NCBI GenBank assembly: GCA_050183505.1
Contig: JBFXBG010000003.1
Span: 13,823 to 77,822, forward strand
Length of the DNA: 64,000 nucleotides
Direction: 5' to 3'
Source of the DNA: Gemmatimonadales bacterium
Lineage (GTDB): Bacteria > Gemmatimonadota > Gemmatimonadetes > Gemmatimonadales > GWC2-71-9
Positions 36,150 to 44,938 of this stretch are shown piece by piece. The first letter of the stretch is position 1. The number at the start of each line of letters is the position of its first letter. The position numbers and the translations under genes are program-made. Below the pieces are notes generated by a model. That model searched no databases. It was not told where the DNA came from and was given only the letters and a program-made list of their open reading frames with translations.

Positions 36150-36856
36150 GCGGCCTGCCGCTGCGGGTCGTCGACCTGGGCCGCCGCCGCTACGGCGAGG
36201 TCCTGGAACTGCAACGGGAGCTCTGCCGCCGCCGGGGGAGCGGTGAGATCGCCGACGATCTGCTGCTCCTGGTGGAACACGACCCGGTGATCACCCTGGG
36301 CCGAAGCACCCGGACCTCCAGCCTCCTCACCCCACCCGGCGAACTGTCGCGCACGGGAGTGGAGCTGTTTGAGGTCGAGCGGGGCGGCGACGTGACCTGG
36401 CACGGGCCGGGACAGCTGGTGGGGTATCCGATCTTCGACCTGCAGGGGCACCGGCCGGATCTTCACTGGTATCTGCGGGAGCTGGAAGCGGTGCTGATCG
36501 ATGCGCTGGGTCACCTCGGCATACCCGCGGAACGGAACCCCGGGCTGACGGGCGTCTGGACCCGCGGACGGAAGATCGCCAGCATCGGCATTCACGTGAA
36601 GCAGTGGGTGACCTTTCACGGATTCGCGCTGAACGTGGTCAACGATCTGTCGGGCTTCGGGCTCATCGTCCCCTGCGGCATCGACAACGTGGTGATGACG
36701 TCGGTGGCCCGGGAGCTGGCGGGGCGGTCCGGGACGACGGACCTCCCGATCCGGACGCGCGCGGCCGTCATCGACCAGTTCGCCCGCCATTTCACCCGTC
36801 TCCCGGTCCCGGCCGGACTGGACACCCTCCTGGGCCAGCCCTCGCGTCAGGCCTGA
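36146..36856 (+). CDS. lipB: lipoyl(octanoyl) transferase
   Basis: LLLVEHDPVITLGR, ERGGDVTWHGPGQLVGYP and KIASIGIHV motifs. Confidence 0.92.
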   Translation: MSGLPLRVVDLGRRRYGEVLELQRELCRRRGSGEIADDLLLLVEHDPVITLGRSTRTSSLLTPPGELSRTGVELFEVERGGDVTWHGPGQLVGYPIFDLQGHRPDLHWYLRELEAVLIDALGHLGIPAERNPGLTGVWTRGRKIASIGIHVKQWVTFHGFALNVVNDLSGFGLIVPCGIDNVVMTSVARELAGRSGTTDLPIRTRAAVIDQFARHFTRLPVPAGLDTLLGQPSRQA

Positions 36857-36871
36857 GGGGGCCGCACGGAA

Positions 36872-36886
36872 CCGCCGGACCGGCGG
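36872..36886 (+). terminator. short GC hairpin after lipB
   Basis: ccgccgg a ccggcgg, 16 nt after the lipB stop. No U-tract. Confidence 0.3.
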
Positions 36887-36919
36887 CCGCGTTACCCACC
36901 TGTCTCTTTCCCCGATCTC

Positions 36920-37546
36920 ATGCCAGACAGCATCGACGTTCGCACGGCCGACGACCAGCGTCTGCCTCCAGGCCAGGTCCTCACCCGGAAATGGCCGGTG
37001 CTGCACTACGGCACCGTCCCGCGGATCGACCCTGCCCGATGGCGCCTGACCATCCAGGGCGCGGTCGAGTCCCCCACGACCCTCTCCTGGACCGACCTCC
37101 AGGCTTTGCCGCGGCGGACGGTGCAGTGTGACATGCATTGCGTCACCCGGTGGAGCCGATACGACAACGTTTTCGAAGGTGTGGCGGTGGAAGCGGTCGT
37201 CGCCCGCGCGCGCCCCCGCCCTGACGCCCGGGCAGTGCTGATTCATGCCGAGCAGGGCTATACCACCAATCTGCGGATCGACGACTTCCTGCGGCCGGCC
37301 AACCTGCTGGCCCTGGCCTTCGGCGGAGAGCCGCTCACCCCGGAGCACGGCGGCCCGGTGCGGCTCCTGGTCCCCCATCTCTATCTCTGGAAAAGCGCCA
37401 AATGGGTGACCGGCTTCGAATTTCTGGAAGAGGACGAACCCGGCTTCTGGGAGCAGAACGGATACCACATGCGGGGCGATCCCTGGCGGGAAGAGCGCTT
37501 CGGCCGGCCGGATCCGGTCCGGATGAGGCGGGGAGGGAGAAGGTGA
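36920..37546 (+). CDS. sulfite-oxidase-like molybdopterin-dependent oxidoreductase
   Basis: VQCDMHCVTRWSRYDNVFEGV and GGPVRLLVPHLYLWKSAKWV are typical of the small SO-family Moco domain. Confidence 0.8.
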   Translation: MPDSIDVRTADDQRLPPGQVLTRKWPVLHYGTVPRIDPARWRLTIQGAVESPTTLSWTDLQALPRRTVQCDMHCVTRWSRYDNVFEGVAVEAVVARARPRPDARAVLIHAEQGYTTNLRIDDFLRPANLLALAFGGEPLTPEHGGPVRLLVPHLYLWKSAKWVTGFEFLEEDEPGFWEQNGYHMRGDPWREERFGRPDPVRMRRGGRR

Positions 37547-37710
37547 TGTGGTCCGTGGTGTGACGGCCACGAATACCCGGCGCCGGGGTGCCGGGTGATT
37601 CCCGGTCGAGGGTTGAAACGGAGTCCGTTTCGGAACGCAAGTCCTCCACGCCTCCGGGGTCGGAAGGCCTCCCCTTGAAAATTCCTCTCCCCCCGGCGTT
37701 TTTCCGTACC

Positions 37711-38301
37711 ATGTCCGAGACGTCGCAGGGCCACTCCCGTGAGCAGGTGATCGCCGAACGGGTCGATCTGGTGCTCCGGGCAGCGGCGAGTTGGGCCCGG
37801 GAAGCGCCGGCCCCGCTGCATGCACCAGTCAAGGCGGTCTGTATCCGGCTCGCGGAGATGGTCGCCGATCAACGGCACTACCTGACCCCGCTCCCTGAGC
37901 CGCAGGATTCGGAGCGTCAGGCGGTGCTGGCCGGCGTGGCGGGCCGCCTCACCTCGGCGCCCGTGACCAAGGGCGTGGAGCAGGAGCTGGCGGCGCTCAC
38001 CGACCTGGAACTCAAGTCCACCGGCTCCTGGGCGGCGGTGCCCGCGGCCCAGTCGGAATGGGTCAGTACGGCGATCCGGTATCTGGAGGATTGCGCCGGC
38101 CGGGTGGCGGAGGCGGACCGGCCTGACAGCTACTGGGCGGATGACGTGGTGGCCGGGGTCATTGCGTCGGTTCGGGCCCTGCTCGGGGTCGAGGAACTGC
38201 ACGCCCGGGCCGACGCCGCCAACCCGATCGCTACCGCCAACCGGGACACCCCGGCCCAGGGGCTGGAAGCGATCGACCCGATGGACGAGCCGGAAGAGTG
38301 A
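37711..38301 (+). CDS. hypothetical protein
   Basis: ATG at 37711 within ORF 37588..38301. Acidic/Ala-rich. No family recognised. Confidence 0.45.
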   Translation: MSETSQGHSREQVIAERVDLVLRAAASWAREAPAPLHAPVKAVCIRLAEMVADQRHYLTPLPEPQDSERQAVLAGVAGRLTSAPVTKGVEQELAALTDLELKSTGSWAAVPAAQSEWVSTAIRYLEDCAGRVAEADRPDSYWADDVVAGVIASVRALLGVEELHARADAANPIATANRDTPAQGLEAIDPMDEPEE

Positions 38302-38308
38302 TGCCGCT

Positions 38309-38385
38309 GGAGATCAGATGATCGGAAACGGAGGGGGGTGCGCGCACCGCCCCCTGCCGCACCCCCGGGACAATCATCCAATCCC
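38309..38385. repeat. degenerate GATTGG-type element around a GC palindrome
   Basis: ggagatcagatgatcgg ... ggggggtgcg/cgcaccgccccc ... caatcatccaatcccc. Lies between convergent genes. Confidence 0.55.
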
Positions 38386-38411
38386 CGACCATTCACTCAC
38401 TCGATAACGCC

Positions 38412-39770
38412 TTACTCCCCCATCATTTCGAAGAACCGCCCGAAGACCTGGATCCCCTCCCACAACTGGTGCAGGTCGAGCTTTTCGTTGGGGGCGTGGA
38501 GCCGGTCGTCCGGCAGGCCGATCCCGGTGAGCAGGACCGGGCTCCCACCCGCCGACAGCTCGGTCACCACGGGGATCGATCCCCCTGCCCGGACCCGCAC
38601 GGCGGGCTTCCCGACGACTTCCTCAAATGCCCGGTCCAGAACCTCGAAGACCGGGGCGTCGAGATCCATGTGGACCGGCTCGCCGCCGTGGAGGAAGCGC
38701 ACTTCGACGTCGGCGTATTTGGGAGCCAGGCGTTCCACTTCCCGGCGCAGCTGGCGCTCCACCTTCTCCACGGACTGGCCCGGCACCAGACGGAGGCTCA
38801 CCTTGGCGGTCGCTTCCGCCGGAATGACCGTCTTGGCGCCGTCACCGGTGAAGCCGCCGCGGATCCCGTGGATCTCGAAGGTCGGCAGCGCCCAGGTCCG
38901 CTCCAGGACGGAATACTCCTTGAGCCCGGTGAGCGCCTTCGCCGTCACTTCCTCTTCCAGAAACTGTTTCTTCTTGAAGGGCAGCTTCTTCCAGGACTTG
39001 AGTTCCGCCTTGGCCGGCGGCTCAACGTCCTTGTAGAGCCCCTTGATGTGGATCCGGCCGGTTTCGTCCTTGAGCTCGCTCAGCAGGCGGATCAGGGTCT
39101 CGATGGCGTTGGGAGCCACGCCGCCGTAGGTCCCCGAATGCAGATCGCTCTTCAGGGTGCGCACGCTGATTTCGCAGTAGCACATCCCGCGCAGGCCGGT
39201 ATACACCGCCGGAATCCCCGGTGCGTAGTAGGACATGTCGCAGACCAGGATCGCGTCCACCTGGGTCCGTTCCGGCTCGCTCTGGAGCAGCTCGAAAATG
39301 GCCCGCCCACCGCACTCCTCCTCTCCCTCGATGATGAACCGGACGTTGATGGGCGGTTTCCTGTCAGGCCCGCAGACGGCTTCATAGGCCTTGAGGAGGC
39401 AGTAGACCTGGCCCTTGTCGTCCGCGGCGCCGCGGGCAAAGAGCTTGCCGTCCCGCACGGTGGCCTCGAACGGCGGGCTGTCCCACAGTTCGAGCGGATC
39501 GGGAGGCTGGACGTCGTAATGGCCGTAGATGAGGAGTGTCGGCTTGCCCGGCACCTCGGGGCTCTCACCCCAGACCACCGGATGACCGTTGCCTTCGATC
39601 AGCTTCACCGTGGGGCAGCCGAGCTTCTTCAGGTGGTCCACCACCCAGTCGGCCGCGCGGAGGGTGTCCGGCGTCCGTTCGGGCAGGGTGCTGACGGAAG
39701 GAATGGCGAGGAATTCAGTCAGCTCCCGCAGCATGCGGTCGCGCTCGCGTTCGATAAAGGAAGTGTCCAT
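38412..39770 (-). CDS. M20-family dipeptidase
   Basis: LLIYGHYDVQPPDP...FARGAADDKGQ and EGEEECGG metal-binding motifs. Confidence 0.9.
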   Translation of the reverse strand: MDTSFIERERDRMLRELTEFLAIPSVSTLPERTPDTLRAADWVVDHLKKLGCPTVKLIEGNGHPVVWGESPEVPGKPTLLIYGHYDVQPPDPLELWDSPPFEATVRDGKLFARGAADDKGQVYCLLKAYEAVCGPDRKPPINVRFIIEGEEECGGRAIFELLQSEPERTQVDAILVCDMSYYAPGIPAVYTGLRGMCYCEISVRTLKSDLHSGTYGGVAPNAIETLIRLLSELKDETGRIHIKGLYKDVEPPAKAELKSWKKLPFKKKQFLEEEVTAKALTGLKEYSVLERTWALPTFEIHGIRGGFTGDGAKTVIPAEATAKVSLRLVPGQSVEKVERQLRREVERLAPKYADVEVRFLHGGEPVHMDLDAPVFEVLDRAFEEVVGKPAVRVRAGGSIPVVTELSAGGSPVLLTGIGLPDDRLHAPNEKLDLHQLWEGIQVFGRFFEMMGE

Positions 39771-39951
39771 GAGAGAAGTGAGAGGTGAGAAGTGAGAAGT
39801 GAGAGGGATACCGGGTATTGATCGCAGGTATGGAATTCTGCCATCTCACGCATACCACGCATACAAGGGGAATCTACCCCGTCCGGCCCGGGTGGCCATA
39901 CCCCCGGGCCTCCTAACTTCTCGCTTCTCGCTTCCTCACTTGCCCTCCCCC
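39771..39951. repeat. inverted heptamer arrays (GAGAGAA GTGAGAG GTGAGAA GTGAGAA GTGAGAG) ... (ACTTCTC GCTTCTC GCTTCCT CACTTGC CCTCCCC)
   Basis: Read directly. About 100-nt spacer. In the divergent gap between the M20 peptidase and the TPR gene. Confidence 0.85.
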
Positions 39952-39986
39952 TAGCGCCCCCCGGTTTGGCGGATACATTGGCCCCA

Positions 39987-41072
39987 ATGTTCACCACCGC
40001 GCAGTTCCGGGTCTTCACGACCGAGCCGGAGGAGCGGGCGCTGGCACGGCCGCGGCATCTGCTGCGCGAGGGCCAGCGGACTGAAGCAGAATCGTCCTAC
40101 CGCGGCGTCCTGGCGGAGTATCCCGGGCTCAAGGCCGCCTGGGCCGAGTACTTCCAACTGCTGCGGGCCGAGGGCCGGTTCGATGATGCCCTGGCCCTGG
40201 CGGCGCGGGCGTCGATGCAGTTCGGAGACGATGCCTTTCCCTTTGCTCTGCGCGGAGCCGCCCTGATCGAGATGGGACGGCTGCCGGAGGCGCTCGGGAA
40301 TCTCGAGGAATCCGCCCGCCGGGATCCGAACTTCGGCATGGTCTGGCACGAGATGGGGTACGCGGCGTACCGGCTGGGCCAGTCGGCACCCGCCCTGCTG
40401 GCGCTGGACCGCGCCTTTGCGCTGGACCCCAAGAGCGGCACTCTGCATCTCCGTGGCAAGATCCTGCGGACCGCGGGCCGCTATCTCGCCGCCGAGGTGG
40501 CCTTCAGCGGGGCCGCGGAAGCGGCGGAGTTTCCGGAACAGCGGGTTGAAGCCGAGAAGCAGATCGCCATCACCCGCCGCTATGCCGGATTCAGCGGCAG
40601 GCCGGCGGACCTTCCGCCGCACCAGCGCTGGTTTGCCGAGACCGGGGCCGCGCTCCTCACCTCGACCGGTGAAGGCGAGGCCACGGACCTCGAGCTCCTG
40701 GCCGCCTTCGGCGCCCTCGCCGCCTCCCAGGCCTGGAGCTTCAGCGTGCTCGTGAGTCTGGACGACTGGGATGGCTGGGATCGCCTGGCCGAAACGCTCG
40801 GCATTCCGCGGGCGGGGAAGCTCGAACCCGGCTTCGGCATGGAGCCGCTCGTGGTCATGCGCTGCCCGACCAGCGACCCGGGGGTCTGGTACGCGGCCCT
40901 GCGCGACCTCCACGCCGCCGGCCGCGGCACCACCTTCGCACTCGACCAGCCGGACGACCTCCCCGGCGCCGATGTCGTCGGCCGGCTCAGCAGCATGCCC
41001 GGCAGCCGGGTGGACGCAGAGTTTGCGAGGACGTGTGTGGAACACCCGGAGTCACGGTGGAAGAAGGACTGA
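39987..41072 (+). CDS. tetratricopeptide-repeat protein with uncharacterised C-terminal half
   Basis: Several TPR-like units (AEYPGLKAAWAEYFQLLRAEGRFDDALALA..., NFGMVWHEMGYAAYRLGQSAPALLALDRAFALDP). Alternative TTG start at 39966. Confidence 0.65.
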   Translation: MFTTAQFRVFTTEPEERALARPRHLLREGQRTEAESSYRGVLAEYPGLKAAWAEYFQLLRAEGRFDDALALAARASMQFGDDAFPFALRGAALIEMGRLPEALGNLEESARRDPNFGMVWHEMGYAAYRLGQSAPALLALDRAFALDPKSGTLHLRGKILRTAGRYLAAEVAFSGAAEAAEFPEQRVEAEKQIAITRRYAGFSGRPADLPPHQRWFAETGAALLTSTGEGEATDLELLAAFGALAASQAWSFSVLVSLDDWDGWDRLAETLGIPRAGKLEPGFGMEPLVVMRCPTSDPGVWYAALRDLHAAGRGTTFALDQPDDLPGADVVGRLSSMPGSRVDAEFARTCVEHPESRWKKD

Positions 41073-41102
41073 CGGCGGCGCGACCGCCGGGTCGTGATTC
41101 AC

Positions 41103-41615
41103 ATGATCGAAGTCACCCTCTCCGACATCACTCTCCAGCCCCTCGATGCGATCGTCAACGCGGCCAACACCACGCTGCTTGGCGGCGGCGGGGTTGATGG
41201 CGCGATTCACCGCGCGGCCGGCCCCGAACTGCTTGAGGAGTGCCGCGGGCTCGGCGGCTGCCCGACCGGCGAAGCCCGCATCACCCGGGGCTACCGGCTT
41301 CCGGCCCGCTATGTGATCCACACCGTCGGGCCGGTCTGGAACGGCGGCCGGCGCGGCGAGGCCGGGTTGCTGGCCTCCTGCTACCGCAACTCCCTCGCTC
41401 TCGCCATCGGACACGGCCTCCGCTCCATCGCGTTCCCTTCCATCAGCACCGGCGCGTACCGCTACCCGCTGGAGCAGGCCGTGGAGATCGCGGTTGGCAC
41501 GGTGAACGATATGCTCCGAAGCCCGGGGACGATCGAACTGGTGCGGTTTGTGTGCTTCGCGGAGCGGGATCGGGAAGTGTATGAGAGGGAGTTGAGGGGT
41601 CGGGGACGGCCATGA
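41103..41615 (+). CDS. macro-domain O-acetyl-ADP-ribose deacetylase (YmdB-like)
   Basis: [26 protein letters not shown] and [15 protein letters not shown]. Alternative GTG start at 41094. Confidence 0.88.
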   Translation: MIEVTLSDITLQPLDAIVNAANTTLLGGGGVDGAIHRAAGPELLEECRGLGGCPTGEARITRGYRLPARYVIHTVGPVWNGGRRGEAGLLASCYRNSLALAIGHGLRSIAFPSISTGAYRYPLEQAVEIAVGTVNDMLRSPGTIELVRFVCFAERDREVYERELRGRGRP

Positions 41616-41638
41616 CGGCCGGGGCGGCCACGACGGCC
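41603..41638. repeat. tandem 9-mer array NNGACGGCC x4
   Basis: gggacggcc atgacggcc ggggcggcc acgacggcc. Contains the macro-domain gene stop. Confidence 0.75.
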
Positions 41639-41721
41639 GGGATCCCCATTCCAACCTTCCGGCCGGACTCGCTATCTCACCCGTATCCGCGATTCCCTCA
41701 ACGCGTTACGGAGATGATCCC

Positions 41722-42771
41722 ATGAAGACCAGTTTTCTCGGGGCAGCGTTGCTGCTGGCCGTGGCCGTTCCCTCGCTCCAGGCCCAGGAGTCCTACACGG
41801 TCTCCGGCAGCCGGGTCGCGATCTACAACCTGGCCGGTCAGGTCACGGTCGAGCCCGGCAGCGGCAGCGGCGTGCAGGTCATGGTGACGACCGGGGGCGG
41901 CGACCGGGCCCGGCTCAAGGTGGAGACCGGTTCGATCGGAGACCGGGAGACGCTCCGGGTGATCTACCCGGATGACCGGATCGTGTACAACGCCCGCCGC
42001 TGTGAAGGCCGGTCCGACATGTACGTCCGGGACGACGGCACCTTCGGCAACGGCTGGGACCGGGGCCGGGGCCGGGGCCATCGGGTGACCGTCGCCTGCA
42101 GCGGCGGCGGCACTGAAGCCTGGGCCGATCTCCGGATCCGGGTACCGTCCGGCCAGCGGGTGTCGATCAACCTGGGTGTGGGCCGGATCGAGGCGTCCAA
42201 TCTGAATGGCGACATCGACCTCGACACCGCTTCGGGCGACATCACGGCGAGATCGGTCCGCGGCAGCCTGAGCCTGGACACCGGATCAGGTAACGCGGAG
42301 GCCAGCGACGTCGACGGCGACCTCAGCATCGACACCGGCTCGGGAGACGTCCGGGTGACCGGCATGAAGAACGGCGAGCTCAGCATCGACACCGGCTCCG
42401 GCAGCGTCACCGCGTCGGCAATCGAAGCCACCGAAGTCAGCGTCGACACCGGCTCGGGAGACGTCAACCTGGACGGGGTGAGCGCGCGATCGATCTCGCT
42501 CGACACCGGCAGCGGTGAGATCACGGTCGGCCTCCGGAGCGTCGCCGTCGACCTCAACGCCGATACCGGCTCCGGCGACGTCACCCTCTTCGTCCCCGAC
42601 GGTTTCGGGGCCGAACTCAGGATCGAGACCTCCAGCGGGGACATCGACACCGAGGTCCCCATTCAGTTGCGGCGGAAGGACCGGGACGAACTCAGCGGCC
42701 GGATCGGCGACGGCCGCGGGCGGGTGGAGATCGAGACCGGGAGCGGGGACGTGAAGATCAGAAAGCAGTGA
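41722..42771 (+). CDS. DUF4097 beta-strand-repeat (adhesin-like) protein
   Basis: Signal peptide, then about 8 repeats of the DTGSGD(V/I) unit. The stop TGA lies in the first GTGAGCA unit. Confidence 0.8.
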   Translation: MKTSFLGAALLLAVAVPSLQAQESYTVSGSRVAIYNLAGQVTVEPGSGSGVQVMVTTGGGDRARLKVETGSIGDRETLRVIYPDDRIVYNARRCEGRSDMYVRDDGTFGNGWDRGRGRGHRVTVACSGGGTEAWADLRIRVPSGQRVSINLGVGRIEASNLNGDIDLDTASGDITARSVRGSLSLDTGSGNAEASDVDGDLSIDTGSGDVRVTGMKNGELSIDTGSGSVTASAIEATEVSVDTGSGDVNLDGVSARSISLDTGSGEITVGLRSVAVDLNADTGSGDVTLFVPDGFGAELRIETSSGDIDTEVPIQLRRKDRDELSGRIGDGRGRVEIETGSGDVKIRKQ

Positions 42772-42925
42772 GCAGTAAGAAGTGAGAAGTAAGAAGGGGG
42801 TGGCAGTCCGCTCAGGCGGTATCTGCCGCCCCCTTCTCACTTCTCACTTCTCACTGCTCACTGCTCCCTGCTCACTTCTCACTGCTCACTGCTCACCGCT
42901 CCCATCCTCTCTCCCATCTTCTCAA
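42761..42925. repeat. inverted heptamer arrays (GTGAGCA GTAAGAA GTGAGAA GTAAGAA) ... 13 x (CTCACTT/CTCACTG/...) with nested GC hairpin
   Basis: Left arm 5 units, right arm about 13 units. Centre gggggtggcagtccgctcaggcggtatctgccgccccc is a nested stem-loop. Confidence 0.92.
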
Positions 42926-43967
42926 ACGCCTCCTCCCCTTGCACCCCTTCCATCAGCTGCTTCAGTGCGGCCACGCTCGAGTCCACCCGGGCCCCGTGCT
43001 GCTGGTACCACTCCTCGAACAGATCCAGATGAGACCGGTAGATCCTCGCGGCAATGATCCGGGCGTTGTTGACGGGGCGGGCGGACATCGGGCCGATCCG
43101 GTAGGTCCGGAACTCAGGCGCCAGCTCCTGCAGCCGGTCCCGGGCCCAGGCACCGGCCTCGGCACGCCCCGAATCCACCGCAGCGCTGTCCGGCGCGGCC
43201 CGGTAGAGTGAATCCAGCCGATCGGCGAGCCGGGTATAGAACGCTCCCAGCAACACCTCGTCCAGCCACCGGCCGGCGGCCCGGCCGGCGTTGGCGGTGT
43301 CCCCCCGCTGCCGGAAGAACGCCTCCGCACCCCGGTAGCCCACCAGCTGCGCATAGCTCTCATTGAAGGGAATGGCACTCTTCACCCACAGGGTGTTGTG
43401 GGCGATCTCATGCAGGACCAGCGCCACCAGTTCCATCGAGTCCCGGCTCATGGCGGTGGAGAGCAGCGGATCGTTGAACCAGCCCAGCGTGGAGAACGCG
43501 GCCGAGGGACGGAGGTAGACGTCGTAACCCTGCCGCTCCATCCGGGCGGCGGTACGCCGGGCCATCTTCGTGTCGAAGAATCCCTTGTAGGGAATCCGGC
43601 CGACGATGGGATATTTCCAGGTATAGGCGCAGAGGCAGTTTCTGGGCGAAGCCGAGAGCACCAGCAGCAGGGTGTCCCGGCCGACATCGGTGTACATGGT
43701 GTAGGTGTCCTTCGCCTCCAGGCCCAGGTCCGCGGCGAAGTTCCGGGCATCCAGGACGAGGCGGAGATACCCGCGGGTCCCGGGGTCGACCTTTTCGTCC
43801 CGCACCATTCTGTCGATCGGGCGCCGGTGGGTGAGGATCCAGGTTTCCTCCATTCCGGCTCGGCTCAGGTAGCGTACGTCCTCGCTCGCGACGTACGCCG
43901 TACCGTAGCCGAGGATTAGGGCGCCGACGATGATCAGGAACATCTTCAGGACCTTGCCTTTTTTCAT
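42879..43967 (-). CDS. putative aminopeptidase (DUF2265/Aminopep family, HExxH)
   Basis: ATG at 43967 (MKKGKVLKMFLIIVGALILG). LVLHEIAHNTLW...FNESYA. The last codons (AVSSEQ) and the stop are encoded by the repeat array. Confidence 0.75.
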   Translation of the reverse strand: MKKGKVLKMFLIIVGALILGYGTAYVASEDVRYLSRAGMEETWILTHRRPIDRMVRDEKVDPGTRGYLRLVLDARNFAADLGLEAKDTYTMYTDVGRDTLLLVLSASPRNCLCAYTWKYPIVGRIPYKGFFDTKMARRTAARMERQGYDVYLRPSAAFSTLGWFNDPLLSTAMSRDSMELVALVLHEIAHNTLWVKSAIPFNESYAQLVGYRGAEAFFRQRGDTANAGRAAGRWLDEVLLGAFYTRLADRLDSLYRAAPDSAAVDSGRAEAGAWARDRLQELAPEFRTYRIGPMSARPVNNARIIAARIYRSHLDLFEEWYQQHGARVDSSVAALKQLMEGVQGEEAFEKMGERMGAVSSEQ

Positions 43968-43999
43968 GGTGTCTCTGGTGATTGATCCGGCGGGAGGCT

Positions 44000-44938
44000 T
44001 CAGATCCTGAACCGGACACCGACCCGGTGGACCTGCCCGCCCAGCCCGGTGCGTTTCTGAAAGGCGTAATCGATGCCGACCCCGCCGAGGACCACGCCCC
44101 CCCCCCAGCTCCATTCGGACTGCTCGGTGAAGGGGGGCTGCCCGCCATGGCCGGCCCGGACCACGACCCCGACACCGCTCACCACCGCGCCGGCCTCGAG
44201 CCCACCGACCGTGCGCCGGTCCTGCCCCTCGGTCCAGATCACCTCCACGGTGCCCAGCAGCCGTGCCGTGGTCTGCGGATCCACGAGATTGAGCATGTAC
44301 CCGAACCGGTATCGGGTGGGCAGGGTGAGCCGCCCGCCGGTGATCCGCTGGTTGTTGATGTTCTGTACGCTGAACGCGATCGAGGTGATGTCGAACAGCG
44401 CGATGGCCAGCCCCAGGTCGCTCGTGGTGGCACGGTTCACCTTGCCCGTCGTGTCCTCGGTCGACACGTACTTGAGCGAGAAACCGAGCGAGAAGATCCC
44501 CCGGCGCACGCCGCCGGTCCCGACCCAGAGCAGATTGTCCCGGACGGCGGAGCTGTCGCTGAACTTCAGGTAGTTGCCCCCGACGCCAAGGTTGAAGGGC
44601 CCGAGCCGGGTGCCAAGCGCGGCCGTGGCGTGGAACGTGTTGTCCGGATAGGAGTGGTAGGAGGCCTCGAGGCTGGCGTATCGGAGCGTGGCCAGGCCGG
44701 CGGGATTGCGGAACACGGCGCCGGCGTCTCCCAGGAGCGCCACCCCGGCGCCGGCAAGGCCCGCGCTCCGGACCGAGGCGGGCAGAAGCAGTATCAGCGG
44801 AGGATCGGGCTGCTGGGCCGCGAGTGGTCGACTCGGCGCAGCGCTGCCGGCAAGAAGGCAGAGCCCCAGGACAAAGAACTTGGCCGCCGGCCCTTCGATC
44901 CGCCGGCCCCCCAGCCCGTCAGCCCGGCAGCGCCTCAC
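44000..44938 (-). CDS. PorV/PorQ-like outer-membrane beta-barrel
   Basis: GTG at 44938 overlaps the upstream stop (GTGA). Signal-like FFVLGLCLLAGSAAP. SAGLAGAGVALLGDAGAVFRNPAGLA motif, and an alternating beta-strand pattern that ends in F/I. Confidence 0.65.
   Translation of the reverse strand: MRRCRADGLGGRRIEGPAAKFFVLGLCLLAGSAAPSRPLAAQQPDPPLILLLPASVRSAGLAGAGVALLGDAGAVFRNPAGLATLRYASLEASYHSYPDNTFHATAALGTRLGPFNLGVGGNYLKFSDSSAVRDNLLWVGTGGVRRGIFSLGFSLKYVSTEDTTGKVNRATTSDLGLAIALFDITSIAFSVQNINNQRITGGRLTLPTRYRFGYMLNLVDPQTTARLLGTVEVIWTEGQDRRTVGGLEAGAVVSGVGVVVRAGHGGQPPFTEQSEWSWGGGVVLGGVGIDYAFQKRTGLGGQVHRVGVRFRI

Noticed and set aside
41094-41615. TPR protein plus macro-domain gene as a toxin-antitoxin or defence pair
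   Set aside because: The macro domain looks like a standard YmdB-type deacetylase. There is no ADP-ribosyltransferase partner, and the two genes are separated and not coupled. The evidence is insufficient.
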